From NCBI GenBank assembly GCA_022340305.1, contig JAJDOF010000054.1, positions 12,816-76,815 on the forward strand: a stretch of DNA of 64,000 bases, in the 5' to 3' direction. Below the pieces are notes generated by a model. It saw only the letters and a program-made list of their open reading frames with translations. It did not search any database and was not told where the DNA came from. A program made the position numbers and the translations under genes. The stretch is from Gammaproteobacteria bacterium (GTDB lineage: Bacteria; Pseudomonadota; Gammaproteobacteria; GCA-001735895). Below are positions 7,987-17,082 of this stretch, piece after piece. The number at the start of each line of letters is the position of its first letter. Position 1 is the stretch's first letter.

Positions 7987-9126
7987 ATGAATCAAAGTAA
8001 TGCCAACCAGAAAATTCTGGGTGTCAGCGGCTTGATACTCGCCATCCTGGTGTTGGTCGGATGGTATTTCTACGACGCTCAGCAAAAACGGCTGCAGTCC
8101 CTCGCTGACGAAAGCCAGGTTAAAGCGCAGATGTTGAGCGATGCCCTCGATCAAAGTAACAACGAAGTCACGTTGCTGAACCAGAGAATGCAACAACTGG
8201 CTGAGGATTTATCCACGGTGCGAGGTAGTCTGACCGACGAGCAAAGGTCGCGGCTGCAACTGCAGGCTGAACTGGTGCAGACCACCACGGATAAAAACCA
8301 GATCGAGCAGAGCCTGCAACAGCAGGTGCAGACGATTACGGCGACCACCGCGCAACTGGAACAGGAATTGCAGCGACAGCTCTCATTACAGGAAAAGCTT
8401 AACGACGAGATTGATCAGGTCAGCAGTGAAAAAGGCCAGCTGCGGGACAGGCTCGAACGTGAACAGCAAAATCAGCTCCGGCTACAGCAGCAAATCGCAC
8501 GCGTAATGGACGACGTCGCGCAGAAAGAAGCCGCCCTGGCAAACGCCGAGCAGGAGGCGGCACGGTTAAGTATGCAGCTTTCTGAAACCCGCGAGGAGCA
8601 GGCCCTGCTGGAAAAAAGAGTTGAAAAACTGAAGCAGCAGCGAGAAATGGATGCCCGCCATTTTTCCGAACTCGAGGATCGACTCAAGCGCGAACTCAAC
8701 GAGAGCCGCGTCGAGATATCGCAATTCAAGGATCGCATGACGGTGATTAAATTGACCAGTGAAGTGCTGTTCAATTCGGGCTCGGCCGAAATACAGCCGA
8801 GTGGCCAGAAGGTGTTGGCACTTATCGCGAGATCATTGAAGGCCTATCCCGATCGGGCCATCAGCATCGAGGGGCATACGGATAGTGTTCCGATTGGCAA
8901 GCACTCCAGCTATGTTTCGAACTGGGAGCTGTCGACGGCACGTGCGCTCGCGGCGGTAAATTTCTTTCGACTGGAAATGCAGATGGATCCACAGCGCCTG
9001 CAAGTCGTTGGCCATGGTGAATTCCAGCCGGTAGCGAGCAACCAGACTGCCAGGGGTCGTCAACTGAACCGCAGAATCGAGATCAGGTTGATGCCGGAAG
9101 CGCCGATTGCCGCCGAGCAGCTTTAA
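7987..9126 (+). CDS. OmpA/MotB-domain protein with N-terminal TM helix and long coiled coil
   Basis: GAGG Shine-Dalgarno. TM helix LILAILVLVGWYF. About 230 aa of Q/E/L-rich heptad-like sequence. The C-terminal peptidoglycan-binding domain has NWELSTARA and NRRIEIRL. Confidence 0.85.
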   Translation: MNQSNANQKILGVSGLILAILVLVGWYFYDAQQKRLQSLADESQVKAQMLSDALDQSNNEVTLLNQRMQQLAEDLSTVRGSLTDEQRSRLQLQAELVQTTTDKNQIEQSLQQQVQTITATTAQLEQELQRQLSLQEKLNDEIDQVSSEKGQLRDRLEREQQNQLRLQQQIARVMDDVAQKEAALANAEQEAARLSMQLSETREEQALLEKRVEKLKQQREMDARHFSELEDRLKRELNESRVEISQFKDRMTVIKLTSEVLFNSGSAEIQPSGQKVLALIARSLKAYPDRAISIEGHTDSVPIGKHSSYVSNWELSTARALAAVNFFRLEMQMDPQRLQVVGHGEFQPVASNQTARGRQLNRRIEIRLMPEAPIAAEQL

Positions 9127-9263
9127 CGGTCAGCCCTGACACTGCAGCCGCACTCGACATGTTGTCTTGCGCACTTGCCTGCTTAGCCCTTGCCCTCGTG
9201 AGTTGGATGCCGAGGTGACCGGCAATTGGCCGCATCGTGCAAGCGTCCGGGCACCGTGCTAAA

Positions 9264-9275
9264 AGGTATACTGTC
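9264..9275 (+). promoter_or_regulatory. AGGTATACTGTC motif copy D upstream of the 9304 ORF
   Basis: Exact 12-mer. TATACT ends 31 nt before the ATG at 9304. Confidence 0.35.
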
Positions 9276-9303
9276 TCCGCATGGGAACACGATTTCAAGT
9301 AGT

Positions 9304-9762
9304 ATGAAACTAACAATAATCCTGTTGGTTGCCACGTTGATTATGCCGAGCCCGGCTGCGGCCTGGATTGCTTATGGCTTCAAAAGCGGCATGAGCCGTT
9401 TCGAGGTTACCGGATACCTGGCGGATAAAAAGTCCCTGGTGATAACCGAGGGCGCAGAGCAAACCTTTGCCGGCACTGGCGACAACCCGGCGAAATACAA
9501 CCTGGTCTATTGTTCCTCACCGCAAAAACTGTATTTACTGAAATTCAGGCTGGAAGATTCGCCGGCGCAATTCGACAAAACCAGAGAAAAATATGAAAAG
9601 CGCTACGGCAACCCCGACGTCTTGAATGATTGGGGATCCGAGAATTGGGAAGATGCCGATGTTGCTCTCATATGGGATTTGAACGAATCCGAAACCATCT
9701 TGCTAACGCATGGTAGCGATGGATCCAGCGCGGAGTTTCAGGACCTGTCCGTTTGTAAATGA
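9304..9762 (+). CDS. hypothetical secreted protein (152 aa)
   Basis: An internal ATG of track ORF 9226..9762 gives the signal peptide MKLTIILLVATLIMPSPAAAW. No family recognised. Confidence 0.6.
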   Translation: MKLTIILLVATLIMPSPAAAWIAYGFKSGMSRFEVTGYLADKKSLVITEGAEQTFAGTGDNPAKYNLVYCSSPQKLYLLKFRLEDSPAQFDKTREKYEKRYGNPDVLNDWGSENWEDADVALIWDLNESETILLTHGSDGSSAEFQDLSVCK

Positions 9763-9768
9763 ATCGAT

Positions 9769-10461
9769 TCAACTGTCGGCTTGTCCGTTGATGATTGAAT
9801 CAGGTTTGCGAATCATCCATTCGGTCAGCGAAACACGCCGGATCACATCTATGTACAGCTTCAGGGTAATGCGTCGGTAAGCGTCTGCAACGCGTGAGCG
9901 GCCGGGCCGGTGAGGGGCCGGAAAGGATGTCACCAGGCGGCCGGGTATTGCGGTTGGGTGATGGTTGATCCAATGGCGATAGTCGTCGTCGACCCCGGGA
10001 TGCACTGCGAGGCCGGCGGTGATGTAGCCGAGGTATTCGTCCGTGGGCAGGAGCCCGGGGGTCGAGCGATTGGTCTGGTAGTAATATAGCCGGGTGCCGT
10101 CCTGTTCGACCCAGGTGCGTCGATAGCGCCGCAGGACGGGCACGGATTCGTAAAAATCCATGCGTGCGGCGTCGCGGCCGGAGAGCGTGTACAAGGTGCC
10201 GTGCAGTTTTTCCCCGGGCGCGGGTTCGGCAGAGGCATAAGAGCAGTGTTCCCAGGCCGATGGATGGTCGAAGCGCAGGCCGTGATCCTGCAGCGTGAAC
10301 GCCGCGGCGTCCAGCGGGGTGATGCGGCGTTCACGCAATATGGTATCGGCCAGGTTGGCGCCGAAACCGAGATAGCGCACCCGTTGCGGGCCATGACCGC
10401 AGCAGCGTTTCAGGTTGGCCCACTCAAAGCCCAGGCGCCATGCCAGGAAACGAAATATCAC
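9769..10461 (-). CDS. gamma-glutamylcyclotransferase (AIG2/GGCT)-like protein
   Basis: YLGFGANL resembles the YFAYGSNL N-terminal motif of the GGCT fold, and GTLYTL is also present. Assignment is tentative. Convergent with the previous gene with a 6-nt gap. Confidence 0.5.
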   Translation of the reverse strand: MIFRFLAWRLGFEWANLKRCCGHGPQRVRYLGFGANLADTILRERRITPLDAAAFTLQDHGLRFDHPSAWEHCSYASAEPAPGEKLHGTLYTLSGRDAARMDFYESVPVLRRYRRTWVEQDGTRLYYYQTNRSTPGLLPTDEYLGYITAGLAVHPGVDDDYRHWINHHPTAIPGRLVTSFPAPHRPGRSRVADAYRRITLKLYIDVIRRVSLTEWMIRKPDSIINGQADS

Positions 10462-10618
10462 TAAACAGATTCCTTATGTTTTACGGGGATGGCTGGTGGA
10501 TCTATTAACAGCGACCGCCAATCGACAGTAACCTGCTCAAGTTTCACCGGATCCGCAAAAGTATATCAATTCCTCCCAAATTAAGGTGACACAATTAAGG
10601 CGCAACTCAAGGTGACAG

Positions 10619-10759
10619 TCACCAATGGCACTTAGTTAAGCTCTAAACTGCTGTCATCCCGGCCTTGAGCCGGGATCTTGTATGGGTGCCACTTTCATAA
10701 GACCCCGGCTCGGAGGCCGGTATGACGCATTATTTTTCTTAGGTAAGTGCCATTGGTGA
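10619..10759. repeat. BIME/MITE-like nested palindrome: 16-bp perfect terminal inverted repeats enclosing two inverted REP-type hairpins
   Basis: TCACCAATGGCACTTA (10619-10634) and its exact reverse complement TAAGTGCCATTGGTGA (10744-10759). Inside are GTCATCCCGGCCTTGAGCCGGGATC (10653-10677) and, inverted, GACCCCGGCTCGGAGGCCGGTATGAC (10701-10726). Confidence 0.7.
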
Positions 10760-10814
10760 GAGTTATCTTCAATTGCGGTGCGCCCCGGCTGGCGCCGCTC
10801 GCTTCGGGCCTGAC

Positions 10815-10847
10815 CCGCCAATCATCTATCCCTGCCCGCCAATCGAC
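10815..10847 (+). promoter_or_regulatory. tandem direct repeats CCGCCAATCATC / CCGCCAATCGAC spaced 21 bp
   Basis: A third exact copy, CCGCCAATCGAC, lies at 10515-10526 on the other side of the palindrome. All copies are intergenic. Confidence 0.3.
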
Positions 10848-10935
10848 CGCGCAGGGCTTCACTTTGACGGATACCGTTCTATAGTTAATACAAGGCACCC
10901 ATGCGGTGCGTAGCTTGAGTAAAAGGGGTGGATAA

Positions 10936-11097
10936 ATGAGCGACATGATCAACAACTCCGCCGAGAGCAACGACAAGTACTTTCTGGAAGATCGGGAACG
11001 CTGGGAAGAACTGGAGTTCGACTGGGAAAGCTGGAACGCAACAGTAGAAAAAATTTTGCAACAGCAGTCAGCGGCGAGCCCGGGTGAGCAGCAATAA
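10936..11097 (+). CDS. hypothetical small acidic protein (53 aa; below ORF-track cutoff)
   Basis: AAGGGGTGG lies upstream of the ATG. Translation is MSDMINNSAESNDKYFLEDRERWEELEFDWESWNATVEKILQQQSAASPGEQQ, with 13 D/E against 4 K/R. The competing minus-strand ORF 10695..11207 runs through the repeat elements. Confidence 0.4.
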   Translation: MSDMINNSAESNDKYFLEDRERWEELEFDWESWNATVEKILQQQSAASPGEQQ

Positions 11098-11112
11098 GGT
11101 CGCGGACTGAGG

Positions 11113-11174
11113 GTAACGGTGACAGTTAACTTAATCTCTTTGCGGAACCGAATAAAGTAAACTGTCACCGTTAC
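11113..11174. repeat. 15-bp-arm inverted repeat between the small ORF and the nuclease gene
   Basis: GTAACGGTGACAGTT ... AACTGTCACCGTTAC with a 32-nt loop and no U-tract. It ends 18 nt before the ATG at 11193. It could be an operator or an RNA structure. Confidence 0.5.
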
Positions 11175-11192
11175 TCCCACAAACTTGTACCT

Positions 11193-11873
11193 ATGACTGC
11201 CTGGCATCGCTACTTATCCCTGATCTGCATTACATTAGCCATGTCGCCAGTCGCCGCGGACATCACTGGCAAGGTGGTGGCCGTCACGGATGGCGACACG
11301 ATCAAGATCCTCGACGCCAACCGGGTGCAACACAAAATCCGCCTGACGGGTATCGATGCACCAGAGAAAGCCCAGCCTTTCGGTAACGCCTCGCGCAAAA
11401 ATTTAGCGTCCATGGTGGCCGGCAGAGACGTCCGTATTGAAACCGTGAAGAACGATCGCTACGGACGAGTACTCGGTAAGGTCTGGGTACAACCACACGA
11501 TTGCCCGGGCTGCGCTAAGACGCTGAATGCTAACCTCGCACAACTTCTGTCAGGCATGGCCTGGTGGTACCAGGATTATGCCAAAGATCAATCACCGGAA
11601 GACCGGCAGCGTTACGAATCAGCCGTGATCGAGGCGAGAAGTCGCAAGCTGGGGCTTTGGAGCGAACCCGGTGCCATTCCACCCTGGACCTGGCGCAGGG
11701 GGCAGCGAGCCCCATCTAAAAGTAAAGCGGTGGCTGATACTCAATGCGGTACCAAGCGCTATTGCCGGGAAATGACGTCATGCGAAGAAGCGAAGTTTTA
11801 TCTGCGCCAGTGCGGCGAATTGTCATTGGACGGTGACAAGAATGGCGTGCCCTGCGAGTCGATCTGTAGGTAA
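11193..11873 (+). CDS. secreted thermonuclease (SNase) homologue with C-terminal Excalibur Ca-binding domain
   Basis: Signal-like N-terminus. SNase motifs DGDTIKI, IRLTGIDAPE and NDRYGRVLG. The C-terminal CGTKRYCREMTSCEEAKFYLRQCG..DGDKNGVPCE matches an Excalibur domain. Confidence 0.85.
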   Translation: MTAWHRYLSLICITLAMSPVAADITGKVVAVTDGDTIKILDANRVQHKIRLTGIDAPEKAQPFGNASRKNLASMVAGRDVRIETVKNDRYGRVLGKVWVQPHDCPGCAKTLNANLAQLLSGMAWWYQDYAKDQSPEDRQRYESAVIEARSRKLGLWSEPGAIPPWTWRRGQRAPSKSKAVADTQCGTKRYCREMTSCEEAKFYLRQCGELSLDGDKNGVPCESICR

Positions 11874-12051
11874 TTTGATTCATTTGAAGCCCGGATTATT
11901 CCCCTTGCTCCCCTGAGTTAAGCATTTTTTGAAGGCTCAGATCGATGACGACCTGAGTCAGTTTTCAAAGATGGGCCACAGGCGGGTGTAAAAAACGGGT
12001 CCCTGGGTCGGTATCATTTAACAGGGATTCGCTTGAACGCGGGAGAGCGAA

Positions 12052-12153
12052 ATGACAATCCGGATTTCCATCATCGCAATTGCCCTGGTTGTATTTGCGA
12101 TCGCTACCGTAGCGGAATCCCGACGCCACCGGTTACTTTCCAGTAAACGTTAA
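12052..12153 (+). CDS. possible 33-aa membrane peptide
   Basis: GGAGAG lies upstream of the ATG. Translation is MTIRISIIAIALVVFAIATVAESRRHRLLSSKR. No other support. Confidence 0.2.
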   Translation: MTIRISIIAIALVVFAIATVAESRRHRLLSSKR

Positions 12154-12193
12154 ATACCATTTAATGTAATTCAAAATAATCCCGCCGCTGCCC

Positions 12194-13579
12194 CTACCTG
12201 TCCTCGCGGTTGGGGCCGAGCGGCAGGCGCAATGTGGCCTTCAGGCCTGGCGCGTTATCTTCGAGCAACAACGTCGCACGGTGTAACTTTGCGACAGCTT
12301 TGACGAGGCTGAGACCAAGGCCGCTCCCCGGGGTGTTGCGGCTGCTTTCCAGGCGATAGAAGCGTTGCCCCACCTTGTCCCGCTCGGTTTCGGCTATACC
12401 GCTACCCGTATCGCTGACCGCTATGTCGGCTGTTTTTCCGACGCGCATCAATTCGAGCGACACTTCCCCGCCTGCAGGGGTGTACTTGATCGCGTTGTCG
12501 ATGAGGTTGGTTAGCGCCTGGAACAGCAAATCGCGGTCCCCTTCCAGGGAGACGCTAGCGTCGACCCGCGTTGAAAAGCGTAACTGTTTTTCTTCGGCCA
12601 GGGCCTCGTAAAGTTCCGCCGCGTCGCCCACCAGAGCGGCCAGGTCCACGGGTTTGAATCTCGCTTTATGGCCACCGGCTTCGATGCGTGCAATGCGCAG
12701 CAGCGCCGCGAAAGTAGCAAGGAGTTGATCGGCTTCGGCAATGCCCTGTTCGACCTGGCTGCGGTAAGGGCTGCCATCTTCGAGGTCGACCAGCAGTTGC
12801 TCGAGGCGGTTACGCAAACGTGTCAGCGGGGTGCGCAGATCGTGGGCGATGTTGTCGGACACGTGGCGGATGCCATCCATCAGGCGTTCGATTTCATCGA
12901 TCATGGTGTTCAGGTTGCCGGCCAGTTGATCGAGCTCGTCGCCGCTGCCGCGAATGGGGATGCGTTGCGACAGGTCGCCGGCCATGATGTTACGGCTGGT
13001 TTGATTGATGAGTTCGATGCGGCGCAGCATGCCGCGGCTCATAACGACACCGCCGAGCAATGCCAGCGCCAGCGTCATGGCAATGCCCCAGAGTAACGCA
13101 CGAGTAATCAGGCGCTGCGTTGCTTTCAGTTCGCGGGTGTCGCGTCCAACCAGCAGATGCAAACCGTCCTGTAACACGAAGGCCCGCGCTCGCGCCTGAA
13201 ACACGCGCCCGCCGGCGCGTGGATCCTTGAATTCGAAATCGAGCCAGCCATCGGCCGCGGGTAATACGTCCGGCCAGGCCGACAGGTTTCCGGCCAGCGG
13301 CGACCGGTTGGGAGACGCAAACAGGTAGACCGACGAGCCGTTGGGGTCGCGCTCCACCCGCTCGGAAATCGTTTTCTCCAGGCCATTGAGCCCGCGCTCA
13401 CGATATTGCTCCGCCAGCCCGGTGATCTCGGCCCTGATGGTAGCATCGGTTTGTTCGGCCATGTAGGTTACGGTCGACCAGTAGATAAACCCCAGCAATA
13501 TCAGCACCGAGCCGGCGAACAGCACCATGTAAACCAGTGCCAGGCGAAACGTCGAGGTGTGTAGCAGGCTAGCCCGCAT
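12194..13579 (-). CDS. sensor histidine kinase (2 TM, HAMP, HisKA, HATPase_c)
   Basis: H-box HDLRTPLTRL, N-box DNAIKYTP, G-boxes DTGSGI and GSGLGLS. Confidence 0.9.
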   Translation of the reverse strand: MRASLLHTSTFRLALVYMVLFAGSVLILLGFIYWSTVTYMAEQTDATIRAEITGLAEQYRERGLNGLEKTISERVERDPNGSSVYLFASPNRSPLAGNLSAWPDVLPAADGWLDFEFKDPRAGGRVFQARARAFVLQDGLHLLVGRDTRELKATQRLITRALLWGIAMTLALALLGGVVMSRGMLRRIELINQTSRNIMAGDLSQRIPIRGSGDELDQLAGNLNTMIDEIERLMDGIRHVSDNIAHDLRTPLTRLRNRLEQLLVDLEDGSPYRSQVEQGIAEADQLLATFAALLRIARIEAGGHKARFKPVDLAALVGDAAELYEALAEEKQLRFSTRVDASVSLEGDRDLLFQALTNLIDNAIKYTPAGGEVSLELMRVGKTADIAVSDTGSGIAETERDKVGQRFYRLESSRNTPGSGLGLSLVKAVAKLHRATLLLEDNAPGLKATLRLPLGPNREDR

Positions 13580-13704
13580 ATCTCACCGATTTCCTGCTTG
13601 GCAATTGCTCCGATACGCCGGACCGCCGCATCGCGCTGCAGTCGTGCGGTTGCCGCAAGACAGTGTTCGACGCCCTTGCGAAGTAATCCGGCGAGATATC
13701 CAGG

Positions 13705-14385
13705 TTACTCTGGTTCACGAATCATGTATCCGGCGCCGCGCACGGTCTGCAGGAGTGGTGGGTCGAAATTTTTATCGATTTTGCCGCGCAGCCTGCTGAT
13801 GTGCACGTCGATGACGTTGGTCTGCGGATCAAAATAGTAATCCCATACCTGTTCCAGCAGCATGGTGCGGGTGACGACGCGTCCCGCGTTATGCATCAGG
13901 TATTCGAGCAAACGGTATTCGCGCGGTTGCAGGGCGATAGTAATGCCGCCGCGCTTGACAGTTCGCGTGAGCTGGTCGAGCTCGAGATCGGCAACACGCA
14001 AGGTGGTTTCCGTGGCGGTGGTTTGCCGCGCACGGCGCAGCAGCGCATCCAGCCGCGCCAGTAATTCGCTGAAAGCGAAGGGCTTGGTGAGATAGTCGTC
14101 GCCGCCGGCGCGTAATCCCTCGACGCGCGCATCCACTTCGCCCAGCGCGCTGAGTATCAACATCGGAGTGGTCTTGCCCGCGGCGCGCACACTTTTGACG
14201 ATGGCCAGTCCGTCGAGTTCAGGCAGCATGCGGTCGATGATCATGGCGTCATAGTCTTCGCTGCTGGCGAGAAACAGCCCGTTCTTGCCGTCTGCGGCAT
14301 GGTCGACATTGTGACCCTGTTCTTTCAGCCCCTTTATCAGGTAGGCGGCGACCTGGGAATCGTCTTCGACTACGAGCACACGCAT
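13705..14385 (-). CDS. OmpR-family response regulator
   Basis: The start is taken at MRVLVVEDD, internal to the track ORF. It has a receiver Asp context IIDRMLPELDG and a winged-helix C-terminus VVTRTMLLEQVWDY..VIDVHISRLRGKID. Confidence 0.9.
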   Translation of the reverse strand: MRVLVVEDDSQVAAYLIKGLKEQGHNVDHAADGKNGLFLASSEDYDAMIIDRMLPELDGLAIVKSVRAAGKTTPMLILSALGEVDARVEGLRAGGDDYLTKPFAFSELLARLDALLRRARQTTATETTLRVADLELDQLTRTVKRGGITIALQPREYRLLEYLMHNAGRVVTRTMLLEQVWDYYFDPQTNVIDVHISRLRGKIDKNFDPPLLQTVRGAGYMIREPE

Positions 14386-14584
14386 TGAGGTTCGGTCCGG
14401 CAACACTTTTATGACCCCTACCATAGTACTTTAAATCCACCGAAAACAGGCCGGAGCGAAACATTACGAAAATTTAATGTTTCCGCAAGGCGCTGGCAAC
14501 TCAGCCGGTCCTATAGTTACCCCGTGAAAAATTCGAACGGGCCCATGCCCGCTACGAATAGTGAATCGCAACCGGAGAGTTACC

Positions 14585-16114
14585 ATGAAAACCACATCAC
14601 TATCTCGATTTCAACGAGTGGCGCTTGCCGTGACGGTGACAACCGCACTCGCGAGCGCGGCAATGCTTAGCCTGCCGAAAAACGCCATAGCCCTTTCCGC
14701 GCCGACCGCCGCTGTTGGGGTCGGTGTTCAATATGGGCCGCCGAGCTTTGCCGACCTGGCCGAACGGGTCGAACCGGCCGTCGTCAGTATTGCGGTTACC
14801 GGAAAGACCGATGTCTCGGCTGAAATGAACGGCCAGCAATTCCAGATGCCACAATTCCCTGAAGGTGGACCCTTCGGTGATTTCTTCAGGCAATTTGGCG
14901 GCCGTGTACCCGGCATGCCGGGAGCCGGCAATAGCGCCCAACGTGAGTTTCAGGGGGCGGGTTCCGGTTTCATTATTTCGGCGGACGGGTACGTAGTGAC
15001 CAACAATCACGTCGTCGAACATGCGACCGAGATCGGGGTCATCCTGCAGGACGGTAGCCGCTACGAGGCCACGATAAAGGGCCGTGATCCCAAAACGGAC
15101 CTGGCGTTGCTGAAGGTGAATACCGACGAGCCGCTGCCCTTCGTGGAACTGGGCGACTCGGATAGCGCCAGGGTCGGTGAATGGGTGGTCGCGGTCGGCA
15201 ATCCGTTCGGGCTGGGTGGCACGGTGACCGCGGGCATTCTTTCCGCGCGCGGGCGCGATATCAATTCCGGCCCGTATGACGACTACCTGCAGGTCGATGC
15301 GCCGATCAATCGCGGCAACTCGGGTGGACCCCTGTTCAATAATCGCGGCCAGGTCATCGGTGTCAACTCGGCGATCTATTCACCAAGCGGCGGTAGCGTG
15401 GGTATCGGTTTTGCGATTCCGTCGAACCTGGTCAGGGACGTCGTTGCCGAACTTGAAACCAATGGCAAGGTTGCCCGCGGTTGGCTGGGCGTGCGGATTC
15501 AGTCGCTGACCGACGAGATAGCGGAAAGCCTGGGGCTTGAGGAAACGCATGGCGCACTGGTGGCCGGCGTCGAGCCGGGCAGCCCGGCGGCACGCGGCGG
15601 CGTCAAGCCCGGTGACGTTATTGTCAGCTTGAATGGCGAGAAGCTCGATGACTTCAAAGACCTGTCGAAGCTGGTGGCGAAGGCCAAGGCGGGCAGCGAT
15701 TCGACGCTGCAGGTCAAACGGCAAGGCGAGACGCACAAACTCACTGTCGAGATCGGCAACATGCCGGACGACGGTGTGAAAGTTGCGCTGGCCGATGACG
15801 CTGCCAGCGACGATACCGCGAAGCTTGGCGTTTACCTCTCCGAGTTGACGCCCGAGGCGCGCCAGCGTTACCGCATTGGCAAGGATACCGAAGGCGTGCT
15901 GGTTACTGGCGTACAGCAGGGCAGCCCGGCTGCGAAAGCCGGTATCGAGGCGGGACAGGTAATCAACATGGTGGGCCAGCAAACGGTGAAGTCACCGGAA
16001 GAGGTGATTTTCCAGGTAAAGCAGGCGGCCGCGGAGAAGAAATCCTCGGTTTTGCTGATGCTGGAACACAACGGCATGCAACGATTTGTGGCGGTGAAGT
16101 TCGCCAGGGCCTGA
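14585..16114 (+). CDS. periplasmic serine endoprotease, DegP/DegQ/MucD (HtrA) family, two PDZ domains
   Basis: GGAGAG Shine-Dalgarno before the ATG at 14585 (the track start at 14561 is GTG). Signal peptide present. Catalytic triad contexts TNNHVV, DLALLKV and GNSGGPL. Confidence 0.9.
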   Translation: MKTTSLSRFQRVALAVTVTTALASAAMLSLPKNAIALSAPTAAVGVGVQYGPPSFADLAERVEPAVVSIAVTGKTDVSAEMNGQQFQMPQFPEGGPFGDFFRQFGGRVPGMPGAGNSAQREFQGAGSGFIISADGYVVTNNHVVEHATEIGVILQDGSRYEATIKGRDPKTDLALLKVNTDEPLPFVELGDSDSARVGEWVVAVGNPFGLGGTVTAGILSARGRDINSGPYDDYLQVDAPINRGNSGGPLFNNRGQVIGVNSAIYSPSGGSVGIGFAIPSNLVRDVVAELETNGKVARGWLGVRIQSLTDEIAESLGLEETHGALVAGVEPGSPAARGGVKPGDVIVSLNGEKLDDFKDLSKLVAKAKAGSDSTLQVKRQGETHKLTVEIGNMPDDGVKVALADDAASDDTAKLGVYLSELTPEARQRYRIGKDTEGVLVTGVQQGSPAAKAGIEAGQVINMVGQQTVKSPEEVIFQVKQAAAEKKSSVLLMLEHNGMQRFVAVKFARA

Positions 16115-16142
16115 TTTTCTAACTGACTGCGTTCGTTGATCG

Positions 16143-16221
16143 GGGGCAGGACAGATCAGGTTGAATTCGGTGCTCACTCTCCCCCTCCTCCCCGATGCCG
16201 AATGAAACCTGTCCTGTCCCC
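16143..16221 (+). terminator. long nested stem-loop 29 nt downstream of the protease stop
   Basis: Outer arms GGGGCAGGACAG / CTGTCCTGTCCCC (one bulge), inner arms ATTCGG / CCGAAT, followed by GACCTTTTA. Confidence 0.4.
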
Positions 16222-16350
16222 GACCTTTTAACTGTGGGCCAGGTTCAGGTCTCGAATGGGCGACTCGTTGTCTCACACGCTTTGGCGGGATCCAGATCGA
16301 TATGCGCACCTGAGGCATTGATCGTTTGGATGGAGAGGGGTTTCCAGCTC

Positions 16351-16364
16351 GGTTATACTCCCCC
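16351..16364 (+). promoter_or_regulatory. GGTTATACTCCCCC, relative of the AGGTATACTGTCCCC motif
   Basis: TATACT ends 30 nt before the ATG at 16390. It has the same -10-like hexamer plus C-run context. Confidence 0.3.
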
Positions 16365-16389
16365 ATACCGTTGTGATCGAGAGGAAATC

Positions 16390-16929
16390 ATGGATTGGGA
16401 ATCCGAATTGAAATTGCTAATTAGAGCGATGTCGTTTGCCGCGCATAAACATAAGGATCAACGGCGCAAGGATAAGGAAGCATCGCCCTATATCAACCAC
16501 CCGATCGGGCTTACCGAAGTGCTCGTCAATGTCGGTAATATTACCGATATCAATACACTCTGCGCCGCGTTACTGCATGACACCGTTGAAGACACCGAAA
16601 CCACGCCGCAAGAGCTTATTGAAAACTTTGGCGTGGAGATCAGCAACATTGTCATGGAGGTCACCGATGATACATCGCTGGACAAGGCCACGCGCAAGCA
16701 GGCCCAGATCGACCATGCAATGCATTTGTCAAAAGCGGCCAGGGCGGTCAAGCTCGCCGACAAGATTTGTAACCTGGGTGACGTCTCGTCTTCTCCACCC
16801 GACTGGCCGTTGAAGCGACGCCAGCAGTATTTTGACTGGGCCGGGAAAGTCATCGACGGTTTGCGTGGCGACTGGAGCGAACTCGAAGCCGAGTTCGATC
16901 GGCGCTATCAGCTACGACCGACCGAGTAA
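16390..16929 (+). CDS. HD-domain small alarmone hydrolase (Mesh1/SpoT-hydrolase-like)
   Basis: The start is at MDWESELK with GAGGAAA upstream. HKHKDQRRKD..PYINHP and LLHDTVEDT are RelA/SpoT-type HD motifs. 179 aa with no synthetase domain. Confidence 0.8.
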   Translation: MDWESELKLLIRAMSFAAHKHKDQRRKDKEASPYINHPIGLTEVLVNVGNITDINTLCAALLHDTVEDTETTPQELIENFGVEISNIVMEVTDDTSLDKATRKQAQIDHAMHLSKAARAVKLADKICNLGDVSSSPPDWPLKRRQQYFDWAGKVIDGLRGDWSELEAEFDRRYQLRPTE

Positions 16930-17082
16930 TTCGAGTGGCATGGATATTCAGCAGGGCAGTCTAGTTATTTAACCGGCTCCTCGAGGGTGCAACCCAACCA
17001 ACTCGCGCCTGTAACCAAATTCAGCAAGACCTGCCCAAAGCGAACTTCAGAGTATCGGTACACTGTCCCTGGAATAATATTC

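Noticed and set aside
10619-11174. Possibility that the two large inverted repeats are integron attC sites (a cassette array without an integrase)
   Set aside because: Neither repeat has recognisable R''/R' core sites (RYYYAAC / GTTRRRY) at its ends. No intI gene is in the window, and the inner hairpins belong to a REP family dispersed elsewhere in the window.
10695-11207. 170-aa minus-strand ORF
   Set aside because: It runs straight through the REP/BIME palindrome and the 15-bp-arm inverted repeat. Its translation includes repeat-derived segments. The plus-strand 53-aa ORF and the nuclease start explain the region better.
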